DNA of 64,000 nucleotides, from contig JBNZDD010013398.1 in NCBI GenBank assembly GCA_050575255.1, positions 101,360 through 165,359 on the forward strand, read 5' to 3'. Position numbers and translations under genes: made by a program. This stretch comes from Harriotta raleighana. Taxonomy: Eukaryota. This document shows positions 1 to 10,848 of the stretch, one piece after another; the first letter of the stretch is position 1; each line of letters starts with the position of its first letter. The notes beneath the pieces are model-generated. The model made no database searches. It had not been told where the DNA came from and saw only the letters and a program-made list of their open reading frames with translations.

Positions 1-152
1 TTTCCGATTCTCCCGGTGGGTGAAAGGCGTGAGACTGGCAGTGGGCAGTCATTGCCTGGCTGGCTGCAGGGTGTCAGTGTGTTGTTGGGTTAACTTGGTT
101 TATTGATTGATTGATTGATTATTTATTGATCCATTGATTCAGTCATTGTTTT

Positions 153-225
153 CAGCGCTTTGGGACGTCCTCCCGACGTGAAAGGCGCTCTCTCAGTGTA
201 ATGTTGTTGTTGGCGGTGGTGTTGT
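153..225 (+). mobile_element. L2/SINE 3' tail fragment
   Basis: cagcgctttgggacgtcctcccgacgtgaaaggcgct followed by a (TGT)n tail; the same tail recurs many times in the window. Confidence 0.8.
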
Positions 226-484
226 GGTTGCTGCTGATGGATTCATTCAATCGTTAAAATGTGTGTTTCACTTCTATTTTGGGCGAGGTTGCAGTTTGCC
301 CGCTAAGTTTCATGACCCGTTGAGACGATGCTTAGAAACTGCAGAGTGTTGCAGGCCAGCCCTGGCAATGCTAATTAATGGCTTATCCCAGCCACTCCTC
401 GCTGGAATCCTTTCCAAAACGGGTCATTTATTTATAATCCCTTCCAAAAATAATGATGAATAATAATTTAGTCGGGTCAATCCA

Positions 485-620
485 AGGCTGTTTGTGGGAC
501 ACAGCTGGCCCAAATTGGCTGCCGTCAAAATAAAGCCACAGTCACTACACTTTGCGATAGTGAGACGTCTCAACGACATAATCAGGCGTTATATGAACTA
601 TAAGGATTATTATTATTGTA
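485..620 (+). mobile_element. Deu-domain SINE fragment
   Basis: tgtttgtgggacacagctggcccaaattggctgccg core plus (ATT)n tail, matching the full-length copies. Confidence 0.7.
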
Positions 621-675
621 AGGATCCTCCTTAAGACGCGCGGGGCTGTGTTTGCCAAGCGAGTGTGTCTGCAGA

Positions 676-701
676 GCTGTCCTCCAATAAGGTGCTGAAA
701 T
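676..701 (+). promoter_or_regulatory. Promoter element upstream of variable exon A (CSE-like, contains CCAAT)
   Basis: GCTGTCCTCCAATAAGGTGCTGAAAT matches 36661-36686 at 24/26; about 600 bp upstream of the ATG. Confidence 0.7.
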
Positions 702-1099
702 GCCACTAGATAGACAACTCTGTCTCTCCCACCCACCTCTCCCTCCCTCCCTCCCTTCTCGGCATTAAACACAGTACAGAAATCAGAGAGAGAAAGCAGC
801 GCTCAGATCATCCTCGGGCTGTTAAATACATCGGACGGGGCAGCAAGGGATTAGTGGAGATGTCTCTCACTTGCACTGCAACACTCTCCAGTCTAGCGCA
901 GAGTCGCGGAGTGCGGAGAGACACACAGAGAGAAAGAGAGAACGAGAGAGATTTTTTTTCCCGAGCCAAGCGCGGGTGCAAATCTACTTTAGCACAAAAA
1001 GTTTTTGGGGGATCGATTTATTCCCGGCTCGGGATTTAAGACGGGTTATTGAAAATCGAACAGTTTGACTGGGCTGGGGAGCTATTTTGCGCCCTTGCC

Positions 1100-1255
1100 T
1101 TATTCAGAACTTCAGAGACGCAATGAGGCGGTCTATCAAATGCGAGGATTATTATTAGTATTATTGTTATCAGCGCCTTGGGACGTCCCCCTGACGTGAA
1201 AGGCGTTATACAAGTGTAGTTTTATTGTTGACTATTATTATTAGTAGTATTATCA
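1100..1255 (+). mobile_element. Tandem SINE tail and L2 tail fragments just 5' of the exon A ATG
   Basis: gaggcggtctatcaaatgcgaggattattatta followed by cagcgccttgggacgtccccctgacgtgaaaggcgtt. Confidence 0.75.
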
Positions 1256-1274
1256 CAATAACCTGTGCAGTGTT

Positions 1275-3791
1275 ATGGCTAATTCGAATCCAAGCCGGAT
1301 GCTCTACCGCCTGGCGTTGTTTTGGGTGAGTTTCTCCAGGCTTTGGGATTCGGCTTTGGGGCAGATTCGCTATTCGATTCGCGAGGAGTTGGAACACGGC
1401 GCGTTTGTGGGCAACATCGCGGACGATCTGGGTTTAGACATCGCCGAGTTGTCCGCCCGCAGGTTCCGCATCGTGTCCGGTGCCCGCCAGCGATACCTGG
1501 AGGTCAATTTGGAGAACGGGATATTGTTTGTCGACGAGAAGATAGACCGGGAGAAACTGTGCGGACTGAACCCCACTTGTTTCCTGAACCTCGAGGTCTT
1601 GATAGAGAACCCACTGGAACTCTATCAGGCTGAGATAGAGATCCTGGATGTCAATGACAATTCCCCGAGCTTCCCCCAGAGCCAAGTCCGGTTGGACATC
1701 ACCGAATCGGCGACTCCGGGAGCCAGGTTCCCTTTGGAGAGCGCCCACGACCCCGATGTCGGCGTCAACTCGCTGCGGACCTACCGGCTGACCCCCAACG
1801 AGCACTTCGCCTTGGACGTGCATTCCCGGAGCGAGCGGAGCATATTGGCGGAGCTGATCTTAGAGAAAGCCCTGGACCGGGAGCAGAAAGCGCTCCACCA
1901 CTTGGTCTTAACGGCCATCGATGGTGGCATCCCGGAGAGATCCGGCACCGCGCACATTACCATCAGTGTCCTGGATGCCAACGACAACACCCCGGTCTTT
2001 GACCAAACGGTCTACACGGCGAGGCTGGTGGAGAACGCGCCCAAGGGCACTCTGGTTCTCAAGCTGGAAGCCACCGATTTGGACCAAGGTACGAACGGGG
2101 AGGTGGTCTACACGTTCAGCAATCACGCACACCAGCGGGTGAGGGAACTGTTTAGCGTGAACCCGCGAAGCGGGGAGATCAGGGTGAGAGAGCTGGTGGA
2201 TTACGAAGAAGCCGCGTTGTATGAGATCTTCGTCCAAGCCAAGGACAAGGGGCAGAACGCGGTGGCGGCGCACTGCAACGTGATGGTGGAGATAGTCGAC
2301 TTGAACGACAACCCGCCAGAGGTCATCTTGACTTCCTTGTCCACCCCGGTCCCGGAGGACTCACTTCCGGGCACCGTGATCGCCCTGATCAATGTGATGG
2401 ACCGCGATTCTGGGGCCAACGGGCGGGTGAGTTGCCGTATCGCCAAGGGCATCCCGTTCAAACTCTTGCCCTCCTTTAAGAAGTATTACACTCTGGTGAC
2501 GGACGAGCTGCTGGACAGGGAGAAGGTGGGCGTGTACAACCTCACCATTACGGCCTGTGACATGGGCACCCCCTCCCTCTCCAGCAACAAGACTGTCCTG
2601 GTGCAAGTGTCGGATGTGAACGACAACACGCCCCGCTTCACCCAGCCGACCTTCACCGTGTACGTGACCGAGAACAACGCCCCCGGGGCCTCCATCTGCT
2701 CGGTCAGTGCCTCGGACCCTGACTTGAACCAGAACTCGTACCTGTTCTACTCCATCCTGAGCAGTCGGATACAGGGCATGTCGGTGTCCACTTACGTGTC
2801 CATCAACTCGGATACTGGGAACATCTACGCCCTACGTTCCTTCGACTACGAGCAACTTAAGAGTTTCCAGATCCAGGTGCAAGCGCAGGATGCCGGCTTC
2901 CCTTCCTTGAGTAGCAACGTGACCGTCAACGTCTTCGTCCTGGACCAGAACGACAACAGCCCGGTGATCGTGTCCCCCTTGCCACCCAACGGCTCGGTGG
3001 CGATGGAGAGGGTGCCACGATCCGCCGATACCGGTTACCTGGTGCTGAAGGTGACGGCGGTGGACGCGGATGCTGGGCAGAACGCTCAACTCTCTTATCG
3101 GTTGCTCCAAGCCACCGATTCGGGCTTGTTCAGCGTGGCTCCCTACACGGGAGAGATCAGGACAGTCAGGCGCTTCGGTGAGCAGGACTCGGTCAAACAA
3201 AGGCTGGTCATCCAAGCCAAGGACAACGGGCAGCCTCCACTCTCGTCCACCGTCACCATAGTCCTGTCCATCGTGGACACTGTGCCCGAGATACAGTCCG
3301 ACGTGACCAGAGATCAGGAGCCACACACTGACCTCACTCTCTACCTGATCATCTCCCTCGGCTCCATCTCCTTCTTGTTCCTGGTGGCCATCCTCATTCT
3401 GGCCGCCATCCGCTGCCACAGGGACAGGAACAACCTGCGGGCGGCCTACACTTGCTCCCCGACCCCTTGCTGTGGCCATCTCTGCTTCTGGAGGAGGAGG
3501 AAGAGCCCCAGGGAGATCTACCAAAAGAAGACCAACAACAACAACTTGCAGGTGGCCGCGGGCACCAAGGCGGCGCCTCACTGCGCCGAGGTGGGTGGCA
3601 GCGGGTCCCAGGCTTACTGTTACAGGGTATGTCTGACGCCGGAGTCGGCCAAAAGCGACTTCATGTTTCTCAAACCCTACGCGCCAGCCAACGCCACTGC
3701 CCAGCCGCCCAATCACACCAAGACCCCCGTGTCTGGACGGAATGGACAGACACCAAATCCTCCCAACCCCAGGACCAACCCAACCAGCCAG
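1275..3791 (+). CDS. Clustered protocadherin variable exon A (839 codons: signal peptide, EC1-EC6, TM, variable cytoplasmic domain)
   Basis: The ORF has QIRYSIREE...IDREKLC-x5-C in EC1, repeated DxNDNxP/DxD/LDRE calcium motifs, [25 protein letters not shown] and cytoplasmic [22 protein letters not shown] phase-0 donor CAG|GTGAGA lies at 3791/3792, so the ORF-track end (3824) runs into the intron. Confidence 0.96.
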
Positions 3792-6004
3792 GTGAGACGA
3801 AGAACGGACAAGCAGTTGAGATAACATCAAAACCATATATTTCTCTCTCCCTCCCATCCATCCACTTATCCATATATTTCTTTATTTTGCTCCCTTTCTC
3901 TCTTTCTTTTCCCTTTCTTCATTGTACAAGTAAGTACACAATGCCTCGGGTAAACCCTCTGGTCACAGGGAATCTCTTCCAGAATGAATTACACCCACAC
4001 CCACTAGCCCCCCCCTCCCCCCAGCCCACACATACACCACCGAACAAACTCACTGTATTGACTGGAGTGATGGAGGAGGTGGGGAGGGAGAAGAGTTGTA
4101 CGGTGTGTCACGGAGACTGTTAACATGGGATCTCTCAGCATTTATTAAGACCTATCTGTTGATCTCCATTCACTGTCCCATAAGGTGCATGTGTGTGTGA
4201 ATGTGTGTGATAACACGTGACATTGGCTCCCATTAAACCCAAAATGGTTGTCAGTATTCACAAGCTCCCTCCCACATTTCCCTGTCTGTTCTGGACACAG
4301 AAGTGGACTAAGGAGTTTTCCCCCTTAGTTCAATGGGAGTGAGAACTAAAGTGGTGGCGAATCTCTATGGGTCACGACCTGAGCCACGAGTGACCAGGTA
4401 ACTCCAGCAACTCCATGAAAACGCTCATTTTCTTTTCCAATACAAGACAAGATCGTTCTTAAAACGCACCAACAGTAAAGATTTTGAGACCACAGTTCAC
4501 ACAATCCCAGCACCCAGCCGAGTTTTGAGACAGTTTGGAAGCGACAGGGCGACGTCTATACGAAGGTTCAGTGTATCTTGGCAAATGGGGTATTTCCCCC
4601 ATGGGAGGGCTGCAAGAATGATGAACCGATAGAATGATGAACCGAAGGATTTTCTTGTGACAGAGTAAAAGGAATACTTAACTCTTTGTTGAGAGACAGA
4701 CATGAACCTCATTTAAACACAACTGGGTGTGTTGATGCCTGTGTGCAATGGGACTTGACATGTTGACAATATAGGGTTGGTTCCCTGCTAATTGCACGAC
4801 CCTTCTTCGTTTCTTTGCGGTGGTTTATGCCTGGGGTGTGAGGGTGACAGATAGTAACTCCGGGTGGCATTATTTATCTCAATCCATCCTTTTTATGTGT
4901 CTGTCACGCAAATAATGCGCTTCCTTCTGTACTATCTGGTTTTCTCTCTTATCAAAAGGTTTTTAGCATCTTAAACACACAATCATTACCGAGCCCAGAG
5001 TGGGAAGAAACCTGTTTTTTTTTTAAAAAAGACTAAACAACGACTGCTATTTTTGCTTTAATGTTACATCGAGTCACGTTTTGTATATATAAACAGGTTC
5101 ATTTGACACACCTCGAATATTCTGTGTTTTTTTAATTTAAAAAAAGTTCAAATGAGTGAGATCAATTGAACTGGGTTTAAAAAAAAGAAGTTTAATTCAG
5201 GCAAGTGTGTTTTACGACTCGGAAGCTAGCCCAGCGAATAGGTTCAGTTTCAATTTCAGTCGCAAAACAGAATGTATTTAAATGTGAGTTTTTCATGTAC
5301 ATTTTTTTTGATGTTGTGTAAATAGGCTTTGGAGAGCGAGCGACCGAGGCAGAGAGAGAGAGATAGAGGGGGAGAGGGAGGTGGTGAGAGAGGCATTCAG
5401 AGATTGGGAGGGTTCGATGAACACGCAAACACGTACTTAATTAGTGTCAAATCCCGTTTCAATCGCATTTTACAAAGTAAATAAGAGTGAAAACCTCCCT
5501 CCCCCCCATCAGTTCATTCACAGCCTGACATTCAACGGTATAAAATGTTAGACATTGAAATCAATCGTTAATCCCTATAATGGGTTTAGTACTTTAATTA
5601 GAGGATAACCCCTTCATGGCTCTACTTTAGGTTTTTTTATCGGCTAACTTTAAGTGGGACCCCCTTTAAGTGGAAGAAGAAGGAAAAAACGATGCCCTTC
5701 CTTTCTAATCCGTGCCAGTGACTTTGATTGATGGCATAATTTTAACTTACTTCTGGAAGTAATGTGCAATTTACCCTTCACTGTGTGCTGGGACATGGAT
5801 TATAGCTATCTGTTTACATGTGCTTTTATTTGGTGGGGGCTGGAGGGGGGAATGGGGGTGGGGGATAATTTTTTCTCCCGGACAGACATAGAATAATATT
5901 ACAGTGTTCATCTTAGGATATATTTTGCTTTTAAATAACTAGAGACCCCCTACCCCCCAAAAAAAAACCCACACAAAGGTCCTGTTTTATTGCGTGTTTT
6001 ACAG

Positions 6005-6063
6005 ATGAAGCCACAAAACACTGACTGTCGGTTCTCACCCTATCAGAGCAATGTTCCTATCAG
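6005..6063 (+). CDS. Protocadherin constant exon 1 (59 bp; MKPQNTDCRFSPYQSNVPI+AG)
   Basis: Acceptor gtgttttacag|ATG, donor CAG|GTAACA. Length 59 bp with phase 0->2, as in mammalian Pcdh alpha/gamma constant exon 1. PQNTDCRFS resembles gamma PPNTDWRFS. Confidence 0.9.
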
Positions 6064-6326
6064 GTAACATCGAACCCTATTCCAGTTCATTCACCCATGT
6101 CTCTGTAGCGATTTTCCCTCTCTCTGTCCTTTGTGTGTGTGTGTGTGTGTTTGTCTGTCTCGCTCTCTCTGTTCTGTTTGTGTTTCTTTCTCTCTGTCCC
6201 GTGTGTGTGTCTATGTCACTCTCTCTGTCTGTCCTGTGTGTGTGCGTGTGTCTCTCTCACCCCCGTTTCACTGCACTGTGATATATCTCGGTGCTTGACT
6301 GACTCAATCGACTCTTTTGTTCCCAG

Positions 6327-6400
6327 TTTTCTGGATCAGGAACCGTTGGCTGGCCGCCATCCGGCACAGATACTGCGTTCAGTGGTCTCTACTCCAACTG
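6327..6400 (+). CDS. Protocadherin constant exon 2, short form (74 bp; S-FLDQEPLAGRHPAQILRSVVSTPT)
   Basis: Acceptor ctcttttgttcccag|T, donor CTG|GTCAGT. Phase 2->1 links exon 1 and exon 3 in frame. An alternative donor exists at 6460/6461 (see findings). Confidence 0.75.
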
Positions 6401-7876
6401 GTCAGTATTGGACTGAATGGGGGGAATAGATACCTGGGCGTGGGTGGGTGGGAGAGAGGGGTAAGTAGGTGGGGGGGAGAGAGACAGGAGCCTGTACTGA
6501 CAAATGCTTAGTTTTATTTTAAAATAACGTGGAGTCTTTTTAAGTATAGTGATAGGTTTCCGCTTGTGTCAGACACTTGGCTGACCCCATAACAAAATCT
6601 TACATCTATGGGTCAGTTAAAGATCATTAATTCTATCAGTTGCCATTCATTTCCCCCCCCCATTTTCTACGCTCGTTGAACCGGTGCACTACACAGTGCA
6701 TGTGCAGAATGGTAATTCGCTGCACGTAATGCTACCCTTACCTTCTCCCCCCCCCACCCCCACTCCAAAAGGAATATGAGTATCAATGCGAATATTATTA
6801 AATCACATAAATCGTCTTTTTTCTCCTTTTTTTTCCGCCGTGAAACAAATCATTTCAAGAGCTCGGTGTTTTATTGCCCAGATCAGCGGGTAATCCGGGA
6901 TGGCTTGAAGGCTGATTATAGCAGTAGAGAGAGGGAACCATTATCTGTGTTATCTGGCTTTTAATCAGTGTGATTATTCCAATGTGACTTTCTCCGGGGA
7001 GGAGGGAGCGGGCGGGGGTGGGGGGGGGGGAGTATTTGAAGAGGGAGAGGGGGGGCAAGGGGATAATGACCAGCACTGTTCACCCATTTGCATGCCATCT
7101 GCGTGCTTGGAACAATTTGGTAACCGCAATATATTTTCGATTAACCTACCATATTAGCCTTTATCCGTTGATTTATACCCACCGATTTATTCATTCATTG
7201 TCTCTTTGTCCCATAGAGGTTACTGAGCAGTTATATACAAACACATATATCATGCACACACGCAGAAAACACACACACACACACATACAGTTCTTTGCTT
7301 TTTACCTATTGCAAAACAATGTGATGTAACATCCTATAAAAGTTTAGAATACTGTATTTTCTTTCCAGTTTAGTAGTAAGACGGGAGGTGGATTTAAAAA
7401 AATATGGAAATGGACATTGTTGGTATTCAAGTTTGATGACTAACACACTCTGGCAGTCAGGCTCAGTCAGTGAGTTACCTTGTTCAGAAACACTCAGTTC
7501 CGCTTAACCAGAGCCAGGTTCCGCGGTGAGTGAGACAGCCCTAACACCCCCATGAGATTTTATGAAACACTGAACGCGCATTAGTTACAATGATTATTTA
7601 AAGAGGTCTTTTCCCCATTGCCGAATTTCCTTGTGTCAGGGAATGGAGAGAAAAAAAATCGAGTCAGGAAATTAATGCCTGGATTAATTTTTTCAATTAA
7701 AATCGGCCTCTCTGGGGAAGGTCTCTTTTTTTGTAGCACAGTCAGGTTGAGATGTCGGTACATTCACACACACTCTCTCACACTTTTCTTTGTTTGAGAG
7801 TCGAAGACATTGGGGTGGGAGAAAGAGAGAAAGAGAGGGAGATGTCTTTCCAATCTTATTGCAGGCAGCAGGATAT

Positions 7877-7909
7877 GCTGTTTCTTGCCTAGACCACCAG
7901 GGGCGCTAC
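7877..7909 (+). promoter_or_regulatory. Possible CTCF site in the constant-region intron
   Basis: TGCTGTTTC (upstream-module-like) followed by GACCACCAGGGGCGCTA, one G shorter than consensus CCACCAGGGGGCGCTA. Confidence 0.4.
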
Positions 7910-10389
7910 ACAAACTGTCAGAAGGGAAATTGCTTCATGTTAGTAATTCGATCAAGTAAGGGCTAGAGATATAATGCTTGTCACTTGTGGACCCGCTGTA
8001 TCTGCATGAACGCACGCGATTATGACGGTGGTTTCATGAAGACAAATTCTTGCCAAATAATCAACAGTTTGATTAGGGTTTTGATGTTTTAAGAGGCAAT
8101 GGGGGAAGATTTAAGCCAGGTCTTAGAGGGATAGTGCAATCAAAAGGCCATTAACATCTAGAAATCTCCCAACTAGTGTACACCGTAGGATAATGTTTCT
8201 TCCCACAGATTTAGTGCACACTAGTAAAAAAAAAGTAATTGATGGTTTGTTTACTAACTCATTAAAGAAAGACTTGGCTATAATTGTTAGGTTGGGAGCA
8301 GCATTGGGGTCGCTGCAGATTGAGAAGGAAAAACACTCAATGGGACACAATGTTTGTCTGCTTCCCAACCCCCACATGGCTCATGGCTGGAGGCAAACAG
8401 TAGTGTATGCATTCTGGTTTGTTACATACTAAAACGACTCTCATAAGATATGTAATACAGTGGGGACTCGCAAATAAACATTAGCTTTATTTATGGACAA
8501 TAACCCAAACAACACATTTCCCAAAGCCAAACACTGTCCAATACAATTAGCTTATTTGGCTTTCTCTCAGGACCAGTTAATACCAGTTTCTCCTAAGTTA
8601 TTTTCTGGATCTCCTCAGGGTTCTCTACAGCTTTCTCTCTCTCGCTCTCTTTCTTCTTTGAAGAGAGTAATAATGAGATTCTTTTGGGCAGGCATAAATG
8701 TGGAGAAATCCCAAAATTTGCTGGTCATCACAGAACACAACCATAATCTTCAAAATAGCTCATCAACACATTGACTTCAAAGGTCAAATCATTGTCACTT
8801 CAAAAACCTTTGCCCACAGTCTAAATAAGATAGGTGCTTGGCATCCCTACCATTTAATGGCACACGTGTCAATGAACGAGACGCAGAACAACGATATCTA
8901 TAAGTACTTAAATAGAATGGACATTTTCTATAGACACAATCATCATCATCATCTCAGGAGACATGTGGCAGAATCATTGTGCAGTTTAACTGAAAATCTA
9001 TTTTACGTTTGTGGGACTGATGGCACCAATTATATCTGTTATGATTGCTGACATGTTTACCTACAAAAATAGTGAGTGCACTTGACAGTGGTTATCTGTG
9101 AAATGTTTTGTGATATTTTATGTGATAAGGTTTTGTAGAAAAAATAAGTGCTTTGTTTTTGATTTCTAAAGCTCATTGTTGCTGTAACCCCAACAACTTA
9201 ATGTATTTAATGGCTTCCAAGGCCATCCTTTACCATCAGGGGAAGAATTGAAGCCATCAATTTCCGTGCCTGGGCCAACATAACATATAACTTTGCCAAA
9301 AGCTGGGTTGAATGGGCAATGGGCCTGAGGGGAGCCTGGACTTCCTTTGGCAGGTTTGAGTTACGAAAGGCCATTTCCGTTATTTTAGTAGGAAGTCAAG
9401 GTAGTCATCTGGTTCTACTGTCTCTAAGGGCCAAGGAGTCCTGGCAACAGCAAGGACCAGGAGGACAGAGCTTCCAGCCAACTACCCAGTGAATCATTAC
9501 TGGAAGAATAGCTGAAACTGCTGTCATCATTTGATAGATGCTATCGGGCCCGAAGATTCCCATTCCTTCTGTCCTTGGAAACACTGCAATGGGCACAAAT
9601 TACAAGCGTTTGGGGAGCATGGGGACAACTGTGAAAATAACTAAATATTAATGAAAGGAAAAGAGAGTCCAGTCGAGTTGTCCTGACAAATGTGTGCTGG
9701 GTTCTGTCATAATAGATGAGGAATTCTCTCATGGTGCAGCTCAACTGATTTTGCAGGGATTTATCTATAGAGCTTAATTGTAGACTTAATGAATGTTAAT
9801 AATAATAATTCTTGCAATTGAGATGTCTCCAAGACGTGACAAGAAGCTGTATCAAATGCAAATTTTACTGCAAAGAGAAGGGCATTTGGCCCGTTGTGCT
9901 TGTGCCAGCTCTTATTTTGGAAGCGCTTGTTCTTTTAAGAGCTGCGGATAACTGTCTTCCGAATTAAGTTTGACAAAAAATAGTCTGAAATGGACTGCAA
10001 CATGTTTTAATATTTAACCTGAAATTTAGTGGGAAGGTGGCTCAGAATTATTGGACGTGGCAATGGGGCCCTCGTGTGGACACAGCAGTGTACTAAACCT
10101 TGAGAGATTTGCCCTTCACGGATGAAACCGTTGGCAAAGCCCTATGCGAAAAATGCTGCGAAAGTGCAAGTTATATTTATATTGTGTATTTAATTAGAAA
10201 CAATTGTATGCAGAATGCTTTCCAAGTTTTACGTGAGAGTCAGTTGATATGGAGGTTGGACAGACATCAGACCAACTGCTCCCCCTAACTCTGAGGAATT
10301 ATTCTAAAAATAAATTATCAACCCACTGCAAAAAATATGAACTTACCACCAATTAGCAGGATCATCAGACTTCTATTTTTATTCTTTTT

Positions 10390-10540
10390 ATTTGACTGTT
10401 TGTGGGACATTGCTGTGAGCAATTGGCTGCCACGTTTCTCTCCCCAAAATACACAGTGAATCCACTTTCCAGTATATTCTGTGAAGCTTTGAGATGTCAA
10501 TGATCAAGTGAAAGGATTATTTATATGCTTATTATTATTT
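10390..10540 (+). mobile_element. Deu-domain SINE fragment just upstream of constant exon 3
   Basis: tgtttgtgggacattgctgtgagcaattggctgcc...gtgaagctttgagatg...attattatt. Confidence 0.75.
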
Positions 10541-10597
10541 TGACTTTACTCCTGTGTAAGTTGCTAAAAAAATTTTTCCTCTTTTTGCCACACTTAG

Positions 10598-10848
10598 AAA
10601 ATTATCATGGAACTGTGTTATTGGTTGACAAACATGGCTGGACACCTCGATATGGACCTCAGTACAATTATATTGACCAACCTGCCGGGTACAAACACAA
10701 TGTATACATCCCTGGCACTGCCACCTTGAAATCTTGCAAGATGGACCCAGTGACTGAAATGGACCAAAGCAACACTTTTTCTACCTTTGGGAAAAAAAGG
10801 AAACACAGTGCAGTTCCAGACATGCAAGTTGATAGAACTTTGAATTAA
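10598..10848 (+). CDS. Protocadherin constant exon 3, coding part, ending at TAA
   Basis: Acceptor ttcctctttttgccacacttag|AA (phase 1). Encodes ENYHG...WTPRYGPQY...YKHNVYIPGT...NTFSTFGKKRKH...DRTLN*, motifs typical of Pcdh constant tails. Confidence 0.9.

Noticed and set aside
2832-3857. 341-aa antisense ORF and other nested ORFs in exon A
   Set aside because: Shadow ORFs produced by GC3-rich codon usage of the protocadherin; no recognisable protein.
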